Of a DNA stretch of 28,694 bases, positions 17,501 through 24,883 are shown piece after piece; position 1 is the stretch's first letter; the number at the start of each line of letters is the position of its first letter. The position numbers and the translations under genes are program-made. A model generated the notes under the pieces. The model ran no database searches and was not told where the DNA came from. It worked only from the letters and a program-made list of their open reading frames with translations. The stretch is from a virus (lineage: Duplodnaviria; Caudoviricetes), in the IMG/VR virus record IMGVR_UViG_3300047275_000809, positions 1 through 28,694 of that record; one strand, 5' to 3'.

Positions 17501-18262
17501 GCATTACCTACAGACACAAACGGCGTTATCGCTAATACCGCTCCTCCAATTAGCGCTATGTTTACCGACGGCAACATTATAGAAAACAGCTTCAACCTTG
17601 AATGGCTGGAGCTAGAGGAACGCAAACTTTTTCAAGCTGCCGTTGTCTACCGTCGCGCCCCCCTAAACAAACTGCCCCAGAGAGAAACGGTTGTAGTGCG
17701 CTACGCCAACTCAGGCGGCGACAGCTTGCCTTTGGAGGAATTCACTCTGGATCACATTACTAGCGAATCTCACGCTATTAAGGCGGCGAAGTATTTTCTC
17801 GCTTTGCGTAAACACATTACACACACAGTTAGCTTCCGTACGCTCCCGTACGGCCTCTCACTGGCACCTGGAGAATTCATCATGGTTGCCGTCGAGCAAA
17901 GCCCGTATGCCCCGGCAAACAACGGCATTGTTCAATCGGACGGCACTGTTGTCAGCGTCACCGCTTTAGTAGATGGCAGCTATCCCGTGTACTACTGGGA
18001 CCGCAGCCAGAGTGAAGTTGGCGAAGGCGTATTAAATATCACAGGTGGCATCGCACAGAATCTGCGTAACACTGTTTTTTCTCTGCAAGCCGTTGCAACC
18101 ACCACGCAGGTGTATCAGGTCGAAGCCTTGGACGTGGATCAAGACGGAATTGTAACTGTAAAGGCCAGCTGTTTTCCCGTCGATAGCCAAGGCTACAGCC
18201 TCGTCGCCGCCGACGTAGTGAGCGACAATAACTTTGAGATTGTCGGCCAAGGTGCAGAGTAA
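14489..18262 (+). CDS. Central tail tip/host-specificity protein (gpJ-like)
   Basis: The frame is open from 14414; the likelier start is ATG 14489 (MPLLPYEKQLIEALG). Contains a hydrophobic LIIGIALTAASYLLTPKP segment, YGNVVPIAF, FTDGNII and a C-terminal YQVEALD...VTVKA. About 1257 aa. Confidence 0.8.
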   Translation: MPLLPYEKQLIEALGCTEQEYREFIQWRERRVYVRPSGYEHVPDVQADLVTIAINLIIGIALTAASYLLTPKPKLDSPAGVRQKQLGGVSGLTNYAPTQGFESIQDLASYGNVVPIAFTRREDHPEGFSTGGLVISPSLVWSRMKSWGGFQVLEIVAVAGQGKMAKPDRAGILIGNNALDGIYDRQFQFYWNGGYEATGPNSRLRGANLRYGDLQVPAPPAANEDAFDTPTRLGTNDLGFCGAFTPSNQTRFGVYSGIPNGTPYRPNWEIISVLDDAADESKDQAITNQKKFVDPTLRETHPYGGGAVSGARVKSGMPGTGRNYGRHVGVVSHNGYVLPDPSVGTNSSGYRQWDGPYKTERFVEKNDVIEIYVGYGRQKTSPFSAFGDSVEVRLDDIRSTIDAEAVEFDREFALGAIFMIGRSTWQVIERPTAPFNTGGSHAIITLKCLESWSTAQNKIGIVAKAAILENESLPYLVDIDETWYPILKVDIGSIRNTRPCEVTEIGIKSQVWTRFNGITNFNSIPSPSDLYRYNAKNVQVREGKNTSYGHRVSFFALDVRPANSEPYEDLNKNEGFVNLTIFAVSGSTPQDIFSFIRIRHPDRAAYEFRLRPFNSAVISQQGDGNSPVFELNGAFSPYTEQSFDTYLGTFAVGGRGRYIKPRDYYTHYQMVAKPELLGSLVYGEWVPGTPRLELLGVFSNASNAVADARKVSNIISKFCQDQGAADYDPYFVNLPVGYIKVISGWTYDRDAPARSMVMTLTLKAYQLTIPGTSRDKWWQIVKTEIASVTGAWVTGDTFSKNYADVAGEQWRFEYRYVVPPTTYVEYDTPRSATRVWETYSGIAEVSHYGDLINRSCDNGPEHEVVYVNESLAEDRLVEYKGCAMMGLKLQSSNNFNSLDQVRCYMKDGLEVERLTDGGTGSSNLFTDLLWYLATNTDTGAGNIIDPSLIDRDQLAATGSYLRANRLFYDDAVSQPTNLRTWLSEKAPSMLCFVAIKNGKLSVNPALPTDTNGVIANTAPPISAMFTDGNIIENSFNLEWLELEERKLFQAAVVYRRAPLNKLPQRETVVVRYANSGGDSLPLEEFTLDHITSESHAIKAAKYFLALRKHITHTVSFRTLPYGLSLAPGEFIMVAVEQSPYAPANNGIVQSDGTVVSVTALVDGSYPVYYWDRSQSEVGEGVLNITGGIAQNLRNTVFSLQAVATTTQVYQVEALDVDQDGIVTVKASCFPVDSQGYSLVAADVVSDNNFEIVGQGAE

Positions 18263-18639
18263 TGCCCTACCCCTCGTTCAGCCCCACATCCCGTAGCACG
18301 ACCGCAGGCGACTACCCGGTAAAGACTTTTAAGTCCCAGTCCGGCTCTGAAGTGCGAATTTTGTACGGCAGCAAGCGCACCGGCATGGAACTCGATCTGT
18401 CGTACGACAACATCAGCGACAGTAACGCCGACGATTTTGTAAGTCACTACGACGAAGTAAAGGGCACCTTCAACACGTTTTCCCTGCCCACAAACGTTTT
18501 AGTCGGCTGGGGCGGCGACGCCTCGCAAATCAACGCGAGCTTGACTGGCAACCAGTGGCGGTACGCTGGTCCGCCTAGCATCAACAGCGTGCGTCCCGGT
18601 ATCAGCAGTGTGCAAGTCAAGCTGATGGGTGTTCTATAG
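18262..18639 (+). CDS. Distal tail protein (Dit/lambda gpM-like)
   Basis: PTSRS...FKSQSGSEVRILYG...LDLSYDNI...FVSHYDEVKGTFNTFSLP...WRYAGPP...VQVKL. Confidence 0.7.
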   Translation: MPYPSFSPTSRSTTAGDYPVKTFKSQSGSEVRILYGSKRTGMELDLSYDNISDSNADDFVSHYDEVKGTFNTFSLPTNVLVGWGGDASQINASLTGNQWRYAGPPSINSVRPGISSVQVKLMGVL

Positions 18640-18661
18640 ACTGGTGTAGGGAGGCTGAACG

Positions 18662-19093
18662 ATGGCCAAGGTTTACACCGGCAAAGATGGGCAGCTCCTG
18701 CTCGGCGCCAACACGCTTGTCAAGGTCACCAACTGGAGCCTGCAGGCCGACGTCGAGCTGCTGGAGACCACCAGTCTCGGCGAGGCTCACCGCACCTTCA
18801 CGCCAGGCATCAAGGGTTTTTCCGGTACGGCAACCCTGATCTACTACAAGGAAGACGACGGCAGTATTGACGCCAGCAGCCTTCTGACCAAAATTATCAA
18901 CACCAGTGCAAGCGGTTCATCCACAGCCGATGCCGCCACGTTGACCTTACGCTTAGCGGATGGTACGGACCTCAACGACGTCACGCTGACTGCGTACATC
19001 AACAGCGCAACTATTGGTGCCAGTGTCGGCGAGATTGTCACCACACAAATTAGCTTCCAAGCAACCGGCGCCTTGACTGGGGCGAGCGTCTAA
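18662..19093 (+). CDS. Minor tail protein with tail-tube fold
   Basis: YTGKDGQL...VTNWSLQADVELLETTSLG...RTFTPGIKGFSGTATL...ISFQATG parallels the major tube motifs. GGAGG ribosome-binding site. Confidence 0.75.
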   Translation: MAKVYTGKDGQLLLGANTLVKVTNWSLQADVELLETTSLGEAHRTFTPGIKGFSGTATLIYYKEDDGSIDASSLLTKIINTSASGSSTADAATLTLRLADGTDLNDVTLTAYINSATIGASVGEIVTTQISFQATGALTGASV

Positions 19094-19989
19094 TGGCTGT
19101 CTACCTTGGCACTTACGGCCGCGTCACACTAAAACGCAAAACGTCAAACGGCGTTAAAGAGTCTGTCGTAAACCCATCGGACGTCAACGTAAGCAGAAAA
19201 AGATTTTCCTTCGACTTCGATCCCGGTTTTTTAATCTCCGGTGACCAAGTAGAGATCACTAGCACAAACAACGCCACCTTAGCGTTCGTAAGCACAGCCG
19301 GCTGGAGCAACGGTGTAAAACAGTCCAGCGGAAAGTGGTTTATCCACGTGGACGAACTCGGAGGAATACGTCTCTATTCCACGTTCGGCGACGCCCTTAC
19401 AGGAGGCAGCACCAACGCGATCGCTTTAGACTCTATCGCTACCGATATACCCATAACTGTTGTGGTAGCTAATGCTGCTAATCGTATTCTCGGCGCAATA
19501 ACTAGCTACGAATTAAACACAAGTCGTGAGATGGTTGATACCACAGCGCTGTCAGAACAGTTCAGAAGTCAGTGGTCCAGTCTGATGTCCGGTTCCGGCC
19601 GAATTACTTGTCAGTGGGATTACAAGGATGCGTACGGGGGAGGCAACTACGAGACAGCAAACTACCTACTCCAGCTGGTGCTTCGTACGGAAGTCGGCTC
19701 GGAATTTAGTGCGCAAATGTTTCTTAAAACCAGTGGCTACAACCCTAATAACACGGTTACCGAAGCTGACGACCAAATTTATTACCAAATTGATGGTGTA
19801 TTAACCGCGTCTGCGCTGCAATTTACTCCCGACAGTGTTGTAGAAATGGTGGCAGATTTTGTGACTACAGGGCCAATTCGTTTGTTGGCTGATGTAGTTA
19901 CTGAATCGAAGGTACTGCAAGAGAACACGGATGACATTCTGCTTGAGCAGGACGTAACTGCTAGCCTGCTTCAAGAGGCTGAAGGGTAA
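19093..19989 (+). CDS. Tail-tube-like minor tail protein with insert and acidic C-terminal fibre-docking motif
   Basis: YLGTYGRVTLKR...[insert]...ITSYELNTSREMVDTTALSEQFRSQWSSLMSGSG...ADFVTTGPI; C-terminus VLQENTDDILLEQD. Confidence 0.7.
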   Translation: MAVYLGTYGRVTLKRKTSNGVKESVVNPSDVNVSRKRFSFDFDPGFLISGDQVEITSTNNATLAFVSTAGWSNGVKQSSGKWFIHVDELGGIRLYSTFGDALTGGSTNAIALDSIATDIPITVVVANAANRILGAITSYELNTSREMVDTTALSEQFRSQWSSLMSGSGRITCQWDYKDAYGGGNYETANYLLQLVLRTEVGSEFSAQMFLKTSGYNPNNTVTEADDQIYYQIDGVLTASALQFTPDSVVEMVADFVTTGPIRLLADVVTESKVLQENTDDILLEQDVTASLLQEAEG

Positions 19990-20003
19990 CCCGCTGGGCT
20001 GAC

Positions 20004-22331
20004 ATGGCAGACCTTAGGATTTCGGAACTCGCAGCCCTAGCCGGCGCCAACTTGGCAGCCGGTGACCTTCTGCCGATTGTTGACCTTTCCGCAAGCGAAA
20101 CCAAGAAGATCACCGTCACCGATCTGGTGGGCAATGCCACCACGCTGATCGCTGACGCCACGATCCCTGGCGCCAAGATCCTGTTCAGTGCCGGACAGAT
20201 TGCCGGCGCTTCCATCGCTACCGGCGGCATTGGCGCCACGCAACTGGCGGATGATGCCGTCACGGCCGCCAAGCTGGGCAATGAGTCCACGGTCGATCTA
20301 GTCACCACGCTGCCGGGCAGTGGTGCGTTCACCGGCCAGCTGGCGCTCGACACCGACGACCTCAAGGTCTACTGCTGGGATGGCAGTGCGTGGCAGTCGA
20401 TCAAGGCTGCAGGATCCATCAACAGCGTGGTGGGAGGCTCCAGCGGCATCGTCAATATCACCGTCAGCACGGCGGGCGATGAGGTCACGATCAACACGAC
20501 GCTGGACAACACCGCCGCCGCTGCCCAGTTCCTGGCTGGTCCAACGGCTGCTGCTGGCGCAGCAAGCTACCGCACCATCGCAGCTGGCGACCTTCCCACA
20601 GCCACGACTGGCGCCAAGGGCGCGGTGCAGGTCAACGGCAACGGCCTGGTGATGAGCGGCGACACGCTGCAGATCAACAACACTGTCACAGCCAACGCGG
20701 CGGCCTACCACGTCGTTCAGTACACCTCAAAAGGCTTAGTCACCGGCGGGCGCACTATCCAGTCAGGCGACTTGCCTCTAGCTGGAGCATCAAGCGTCGG
20801 CGCGGTATATCCGGGCAGTGGTTTATCTGTTGCCATCGACGGCCAGCTCAACCACAGCAGTTCTGTCACTGCAGGTACTTACCCCAAGGTCACGTTTAAC
20901 GCTCAGGGGCACATCACCGCTGGCTCGGCATTGGTAGCCGCCGATATTCCAGAACTAAGCACAGACAAGCTGACCAGCGGGTTCCTGCCGACCGACCGCA
21001 TCGCCAACGATGCAGTGACGGGAGCCAAGCTATCGAACAGCTCAACCGCTCAGTTTGGAGCGATCCAGCCAACGGCGGAGTACACCGGCCAGCTGTACTT
21101 CAACTCGCTGACCCGTGACATCTACATCTGGGACGGCAACGTCTGGCAGCCCATCGGCATCTCGGTGGGGGAAATCGTCTTTGCTGGTACATACGACGCC
21201 AACACCAACCTTGTTGCCAGCGTTACCAGCGACGGCACAGCTGTTGGACTGACAGTCGGTCAAGCGTTGCCGGCGGCTGCTGCCGCCAACAATCGCTACT
21301 ACCTCGTCGTCGCGGAGGCCGGCACTGGCGTGGCACCAGCGCCGACGGTCGCACTCAGCCCGCCGGACATCATCCTGTCGAACGGCTCGGCCTGGACCGA
21401 GATCGACGTATCGCAGACGATCACCTCACAGGTGGCGTCCAACGTGTCGGTGACTCCGGCCGGCGACATCAGTGCCACCAATGTCCAGTCAGCACTGGAG
21501 GAACTGGACAACGAGAAGCTGCCCAAGGCTGGCGGTACGGTCACTGGCAACCTTGAGATCGGCACAACCGGCACGCTGAGCTTCGAGGGCGCTACCGCCA
21601 ACGCCTTCGAGACCACCCTCGGCGTGGTGGATCCGACCGCAGATCGCACGATCAACCTGCCCGATGTATCGGGCACCGTGATCACCACCGGCGACACCGG
21701 CACGGTGACCAGCACCATGATCGCCAACGGCACCATCGTGGATGCCGACATCAATGCCAGCGCTGCGATCAGCGGTAGCAAAATCGTCGCCGCATCGACC
21801 AGCGTGGTCGGCGCGGTGCAGCTGACCGATTCCACTAGCAGCACCAGTACGACGACCGCAGCAACGCCCAATGCGGTGAAATCGGCCTACGACCTAGCGA
21901 ACGCTGCGCTGCCGAAGTCCGGCGGCACGATGACAGGCGCGATTACGTTCGCGGCCGGGCAGACGATCACCGGCTACGCGGCGCTGGCAACAGCGCAGAG
22001 CTTCACCGCAGCGCAGCGGGGCAGCGTGGTGGCGCTCACCGATGGCGCCACGATCACCCCGGACTTCGCGGCGGGCAACAACTTCTCGGTAACGCTCGGC
22101 GGCAACCGCACACTGGCCAACCCCAGCAACCTCACCGCTGGCCAAGCCGGCACGATCGTGATCACACAGGACGGCACTGGCAGCCGCACGCTGGCTTACG
22201 GCAGCAACTGGAAGTTTCCCGGCGGCACTGCACCTACACTGACCACGACGGCCAACGCTGTGGACGTGATCGCCTACTACGTCGAGAGCGCCACACGCAT
22301 TACCGCTCGCCTGATCTCGGACGTGAAATGA
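20004..22331 (+). CDS. Tail fibre protein
   Basis: 775 aa. N-terminus MADLRISELAAL...DLLPIVD...ETKKIT; GTYPKVTFNAQGHITAG; phage fibre repeat GAVQLTDSTSSTSTTTAATPNAVKSAYD; C-terminal adaptor domain TQDGTGSRTLAY. Confidence 0.85.
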   Translation: MADLRISELAALAGANLAAGDLLPIVDLSASETKKITVTDLVGNATTLIADATIPGAKILFSAGQIAGASIATGGIGATQLADDAVTAAKLGNESTVDLVTTLPGSGAFTGQLALDTDDLKVYCWDGSAWQSIKAAGSINSVVGGSSGIVNITVSTAGDEVTINTTLDNTAAAAQFLAGPTAAAGAASYRTIAAGDLPTATTGAKGAVQVNGNGLVMSGDTLQINNTVTANAAAYHVVQYTSKGLVTGGRTIQSGDLPLAGASSVGAVYPGSGLSVAIDGQLNHSSSVTAGTYPKVTFNAQGHITAGSALVAADIPELSTDKLTSGFLPTDRIANDAVTGAKLSNSSTAQFGAIQPTAEYTGQLYFNSLTRDIYIWDGNVWQPIGISVGEIVFAGTYDANTNLVASVTSDGTAVGLTVGQALPAAAAANNRYYLVVAEAGTGVAPAPTVALSPPDIILSNGSAWTEIDVSQTITSQVASNVSVTPAGDISATNVQSALEELDNEKLPKAGGTVTGNLEIGTTGTLSFEGATANAFETTLGVVDPTADRTINLPDVSGTVITTGDTGTVTSTMIANGTIVDADINASAAISGSKIVAASTSVVGAVQLTDSTSSTSTTTAATPNAVKSAYDLANAALPKSGGTMTGAITFAAGQTITGYAALATAQSFTAAQRGSVVALTDGATITPDFAAGNNFSVTLGGNRTLANPSNLTAGQAGTIVITQDGTGSRTLAYGSNWKFPGGTAPTLTTTANAVDVIAYYVESATRITARLISDVK

Positions 22332-22993
22332 GCATTTTCGGCACCACGCTGCTACTTGGCGCCTCTGACAGCGCACCAGCGCCAACTTTCATTGGATCTA
22401 ATACAACATTTAACACCAGTGGCAGCAACCTGACATTGACGACGCCAACAGGTACGCAAAATGGCGATTACATGATTGCTGCCATTGCAACAGCGCCTGC
22501 TGCAAGTAGCCATACGGCAACTGGCTGGAGCAATCTAGGAGTAAATTTTAGTAGCGCACCGGGGTTGAGATTATGGAAACGACTACTAACTTCTGCCCCT
22601 AGCGCTAATTACACTTTTTCTTGGACAGGAGGCGGCTACAACGCAGGCATTATTGCCACATTTCGCGATGCAGATGATGGTAACATTAACAACAACGGAA
22701 CATACACAAATAGTTCCGGCTCAGCAGCAGATTGCGGCAGCATTATTACTGCAGTTGCAAACACAATGGTTATTTGTGTCGCTGCCGTTGGTCATGGCAA
22801 CAACGGTCCATTAGCCCCTACGGGATTTACACAGATTGCTCGACTAGGTAGTGGCGGGACCGACAGTGGAGTTGGCGTTGGTATGCACTATAAAGTATTT
22901 GGATCTACTGGCTCAACAGGAACCATAACAACCGGCGGCGCAGGCGTTGCTGACGTTTACGTCGGCGGCTTGCGTTCCGTCGTTTTTGCGTGA
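22328..22993 (+). CDS. Putative receptor-binding/fibre-tip protein
   Basis: 221 aa, G/T/S-rich beta protein, coupled to the fibre gene by ATGA and visibly AT-richer than it. Confidence 0.6.
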   Translation: MSIFGTTLLLGASDSAPAPTFIGSNTTFNTSGSNLTLTTPTGTQNGDYMIAAIATAPAASSHTATGWSNLGVNFSSAPGLRLWKRLLTSAPSANYTFSWTGGGYNAGIIATFRDADDGNINNNGTYTNSSGSAADCGSIITAVANTMVICVAAVGHGNNGPLAPTGFTQIARLGSGGTDSGVGVGMHYKVFGSTGSTGTITTGGAGVADVYVGGLRSVVFA

Positions 22994-23493
22994 TCCCCAT
23001 GTACTTCCTCAACGGTCAACCTCTCTTTACCGGCCAGCCATTTACTGGCCCCGACGGCACTAAGTACCCATCTAACTGGCTGGAGCTATCCAGTAAAGCC
23101 GAGCGCGATAGCGTCGGCATTGTGTTTGAGCCGGATGCGCCAACATTCGATAGTGCGTTTTATGTTGGCTATTCTGATTCAGGAGAGCTTATCCCAAAAA
23201 ATCACGCCATTTTGGTGGAGCAGTATTCCGTTGATTGCCGTGGTCGCGCCTACGGATTGCTGCGTTCTACTGATTGGATGATTATCCGCGAAATTGACAA
23301 TGGCACCGCAGTTGATCCTGTCATCAAGCAATGGCGTGAAAACGTCCGACTAGCTGCTGCCGCCAAAATCACCGCTATTGAGGCCACTGCTGACACCGCC
23401 AGCCTTGCCGCGTACATTACCGGCGGCGACTACAGCACTTGGCCCAGTGATCCCAATGCTCCTGCTGGCGTTCCTCCTACTGATGGGGTTTAG
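22990..23493 (+). CDS. Tail fibre assembly chaperone-like protein
   Basis: YPSNWLELSS.AER..VGI; LLRSTDWMIIRE...WRENVR...WPSDP. Confidence 0.65.
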   Translation: MIPMYFLNGQPLFTGQPFTGPDGTKYPSNWLELSSKAERDSVGIVFEPDAPTFDSAFYVGYSDSGELIPKNHAILVEQYSVDCRGRAYGLLRSTDWMIIREIDNGTAVDPVIKQWRENVRLAAAAKITAIEATADTASLAAYITGGDYSTWPSDPNAPAGVPPTDGV

Positions 23494-23523
23494 TCTTCTA
23501 GCGATTAACCCACGCAGAGACTG

Positions 23524-23658
23524 ATGGCCGTCAAATCCAAAACCGCATTGGGACGCGTCGAGCACGCCCCAGGCAAACCCAAGAAAACGCGCCAAGGGCA
23601 GGGACAGCACAGCCTGCCTAACCACGGCCGCAAAAAACTACGCGGCCAAGGTCGATAA
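23524..23658 (+). CDS. Small basic protein (44 aa)
   Basis: MAVKSKTALGRVEHAPGKPKKTRQGQGQHSLPNHGRKKLRGQGR; -10 TAGTCT at 23491-23496. Below the ORF-track length cutoff. Confidence 0.75.
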   Translation: MAVKSKTALGRVEHAPGKPKKTRQGQGQHSLPNHGRKKLRGQGR

Positions 23659-23687
23659 GATGTAAAAAACGGGCTTCGCGCCTCATC

Positions 23688-23936
23688 ATGGACCGCCACG
23701 ACGAGGCCGCAAGCCCCCCAGACTCCCCATCATCCTTCACCCAAATTGTCCCGGCACTACTGACCGCCGCCGTAGTCGGCCTCGCCGGGCTCTTCATGCA
23801 AGTCGCCAAACTGGAGCAACTGGTTAACACCGTCGTCTCCGACATCCAAGAACTCAAAAACGACTCCAAGGAACGCCTCAACGACCTCGAACATCGCGTC
23901 CGCCAAATCGAAGTCAAGGTCACCCACGCAAAATGA
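23688..23936 (+). CDS. Single-TM coiled-coil membrane protein (holin/spanin-like candidate)
   Basis: IVPALLTAAVVGLAGLFMQV followed by a heptad coiled coil; near the lysis genes. Confidence 0.6.
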   Translation: MDRHDEAASPPDSPSSFTQIVPALLTAAVVGLAGLFMQVAKLEQLVNTVVSDIQELKNDSKERLNDLEHRVRQIEVKVTHAK

Positions 23937-24118
23937 CCGTCATCAACTCCAGCCTGTATCCCGAAGGCTACGCCCTGGAGCAGCTGGAGAACGAGCGCGG
24001 CGAAATTTATTACCGCGCCTGCAAAGGCAGTATCTGCCGCTACGCCGAAGACGAATACATCGCCCGCATGTACCTCGAAGGCATGGGCTGGAACCCTACG
24101 CAACCTCCTCTGAACTGA
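23933..24118 (+). CDS. Hypothetical protein (61 aa)
   Basis: ATGA-coupled to the upstream gene; codon usage matches the phage. Confidence 0.65.
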   Translation: MTVINSSLYPEGYALEQLENERGEIYYRACKGSICRYAEDEYIARMYLEGMGWNPTQPPLN

Positions 24119-24416
24119 TCCATTCCTCAATCTCCACCTCCAATCTGTGATTCCAAAAATCCTGCTGGCGAAACCACTCCCTCCACTGCTGACTCGCCTT
24201 CCTCACATTGCACGACAAGCACGCTGGAACAAGATTCTTGGGATGTGTATGCCCCCCTTTACTCTTAGCCAATACATGATCCAACGTCGCCGACCGACCT
24301 AAATCACAATCGCAGTACGCACACCGATTCCGCCACCGCCACAGGATTTCTTGCCTAAATCTTAACTTAGCCTCCTTTTTACTTAAGTATTCGCCATCGT
24401 CAATCTGATGGTCCAT
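24096..24416 (-). CDS. HNH endonuclease
   Basis: CAYC...TLDHVLAKSKGG...NLVPACLSCNVRK; start at 24416 or 24422; -10 GCTACCTT (hexamer 24437-24442). Confidence 0.9.
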   Translation of the reverse strand: MDHQIDDGEYLSKKEAKLRFRQEILWRWRNRCAYCDCDLGRSATLDHVLAKSKGGHTHPKNLVPACLSCNVRKASQQWREWFRQQDFWNHRLEVEIEEWISSEEVA

Positions 24417-24436
24417 ACGCATAGGTGGCTACATAA

Positions 24437-24493
24437 AAGGTAGCGAGTACAACCATCCCACGTACTGGCGTTCTTCTCTACTACAGCTACACT
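24437..24493. promoter_or_regulatory. Divergent promoter pair for the HNH (-) and holin/endolysin (+) genes
   Basis: GCTACCTT (- strand) and GCTACACT (+ strand) flank the inverted repeat AGTAC-N11-GTACT. Confidence 0.5.
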
Positions 24494-24515
24494 GACATCA
24501 GAATCCACATTTGAC

Positions 24516-24656
24516 ATGGATCCCACTACCGCCGCGGTCATTGCGATTGCAGTCGCCGCTATCTCCGAAGCCCTGAGCCTCTACCCGGGCATCCGCGCCA
24601 ACGGCATCATCCAAGCCCTCCTGCTTGTCGGCAAAACCCTCTTCCCAAAGCGCTGA
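24516..24656 (+). CDS. Small holin-like membrane protein (46 aa), short form
   Basis: MDPTTAAVIAIAVAAISEALSLYPGIRANGIIQALLLVGKTLFPKR; two hydrophobic segments; -10 GCTACACT at 24486-24493; upstream of the endolysin. Not in the ORF track. Confidence 0.75.
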   Translation: MDPTTAAVIAIAVAAISEALSLYPGIRANGIIQALLLVGKTLFPKR

Positions 24657-24883
24657 GCGCCGACACCACTTGGATGGTGCGGTTCGGCGCCACCCTGCAA
24701 CCCCGCCTCGACCGCGCCATCCAGGACTGGCACGACTCCCAACCTCCCGACCTTCCACCGCCTGTTGTCCTCGACCACCCGCTGGATCCAGAACTACAGA
24801 CCGGAGATAGCCGCTTGCTGGGCGGCGCCATGAGTATCCACGCCGCCTGGTCCGATGACCACAAACAAGCTCCGCCTAGCTGA
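24644..24883 (+). CDS. Predicted -1 frameshift extension of the holin-like gene (122-aa fusion)
   Basis: In-phase C CCA AAG at 24644-24650, a 6-nt spacer and a stem-loop at 24657-24690. The -1 frame is open through ORF 24674..24883. Confidence 0.7.
   Translation, partial: PKALSADTTWMVRFGATLQPRLDRAIQDWHDSQPPDLPPPVVLDHPLDPELQTGDSRLLGGAMSIHAAWSDDHKQAPPS

Noticed and set aside
19417-19424. HIP1 octamer GCGATCGC
   Set aside because: Only one copy was noticed, so there is no enrichment and it says nothing about the host.
20004-23493. Diversity-generating retroelement or invertible fibre system
   Set aside because: No reverse transcriptase, invertase, template/variable repeat pair or inversion sites were seen in the window.
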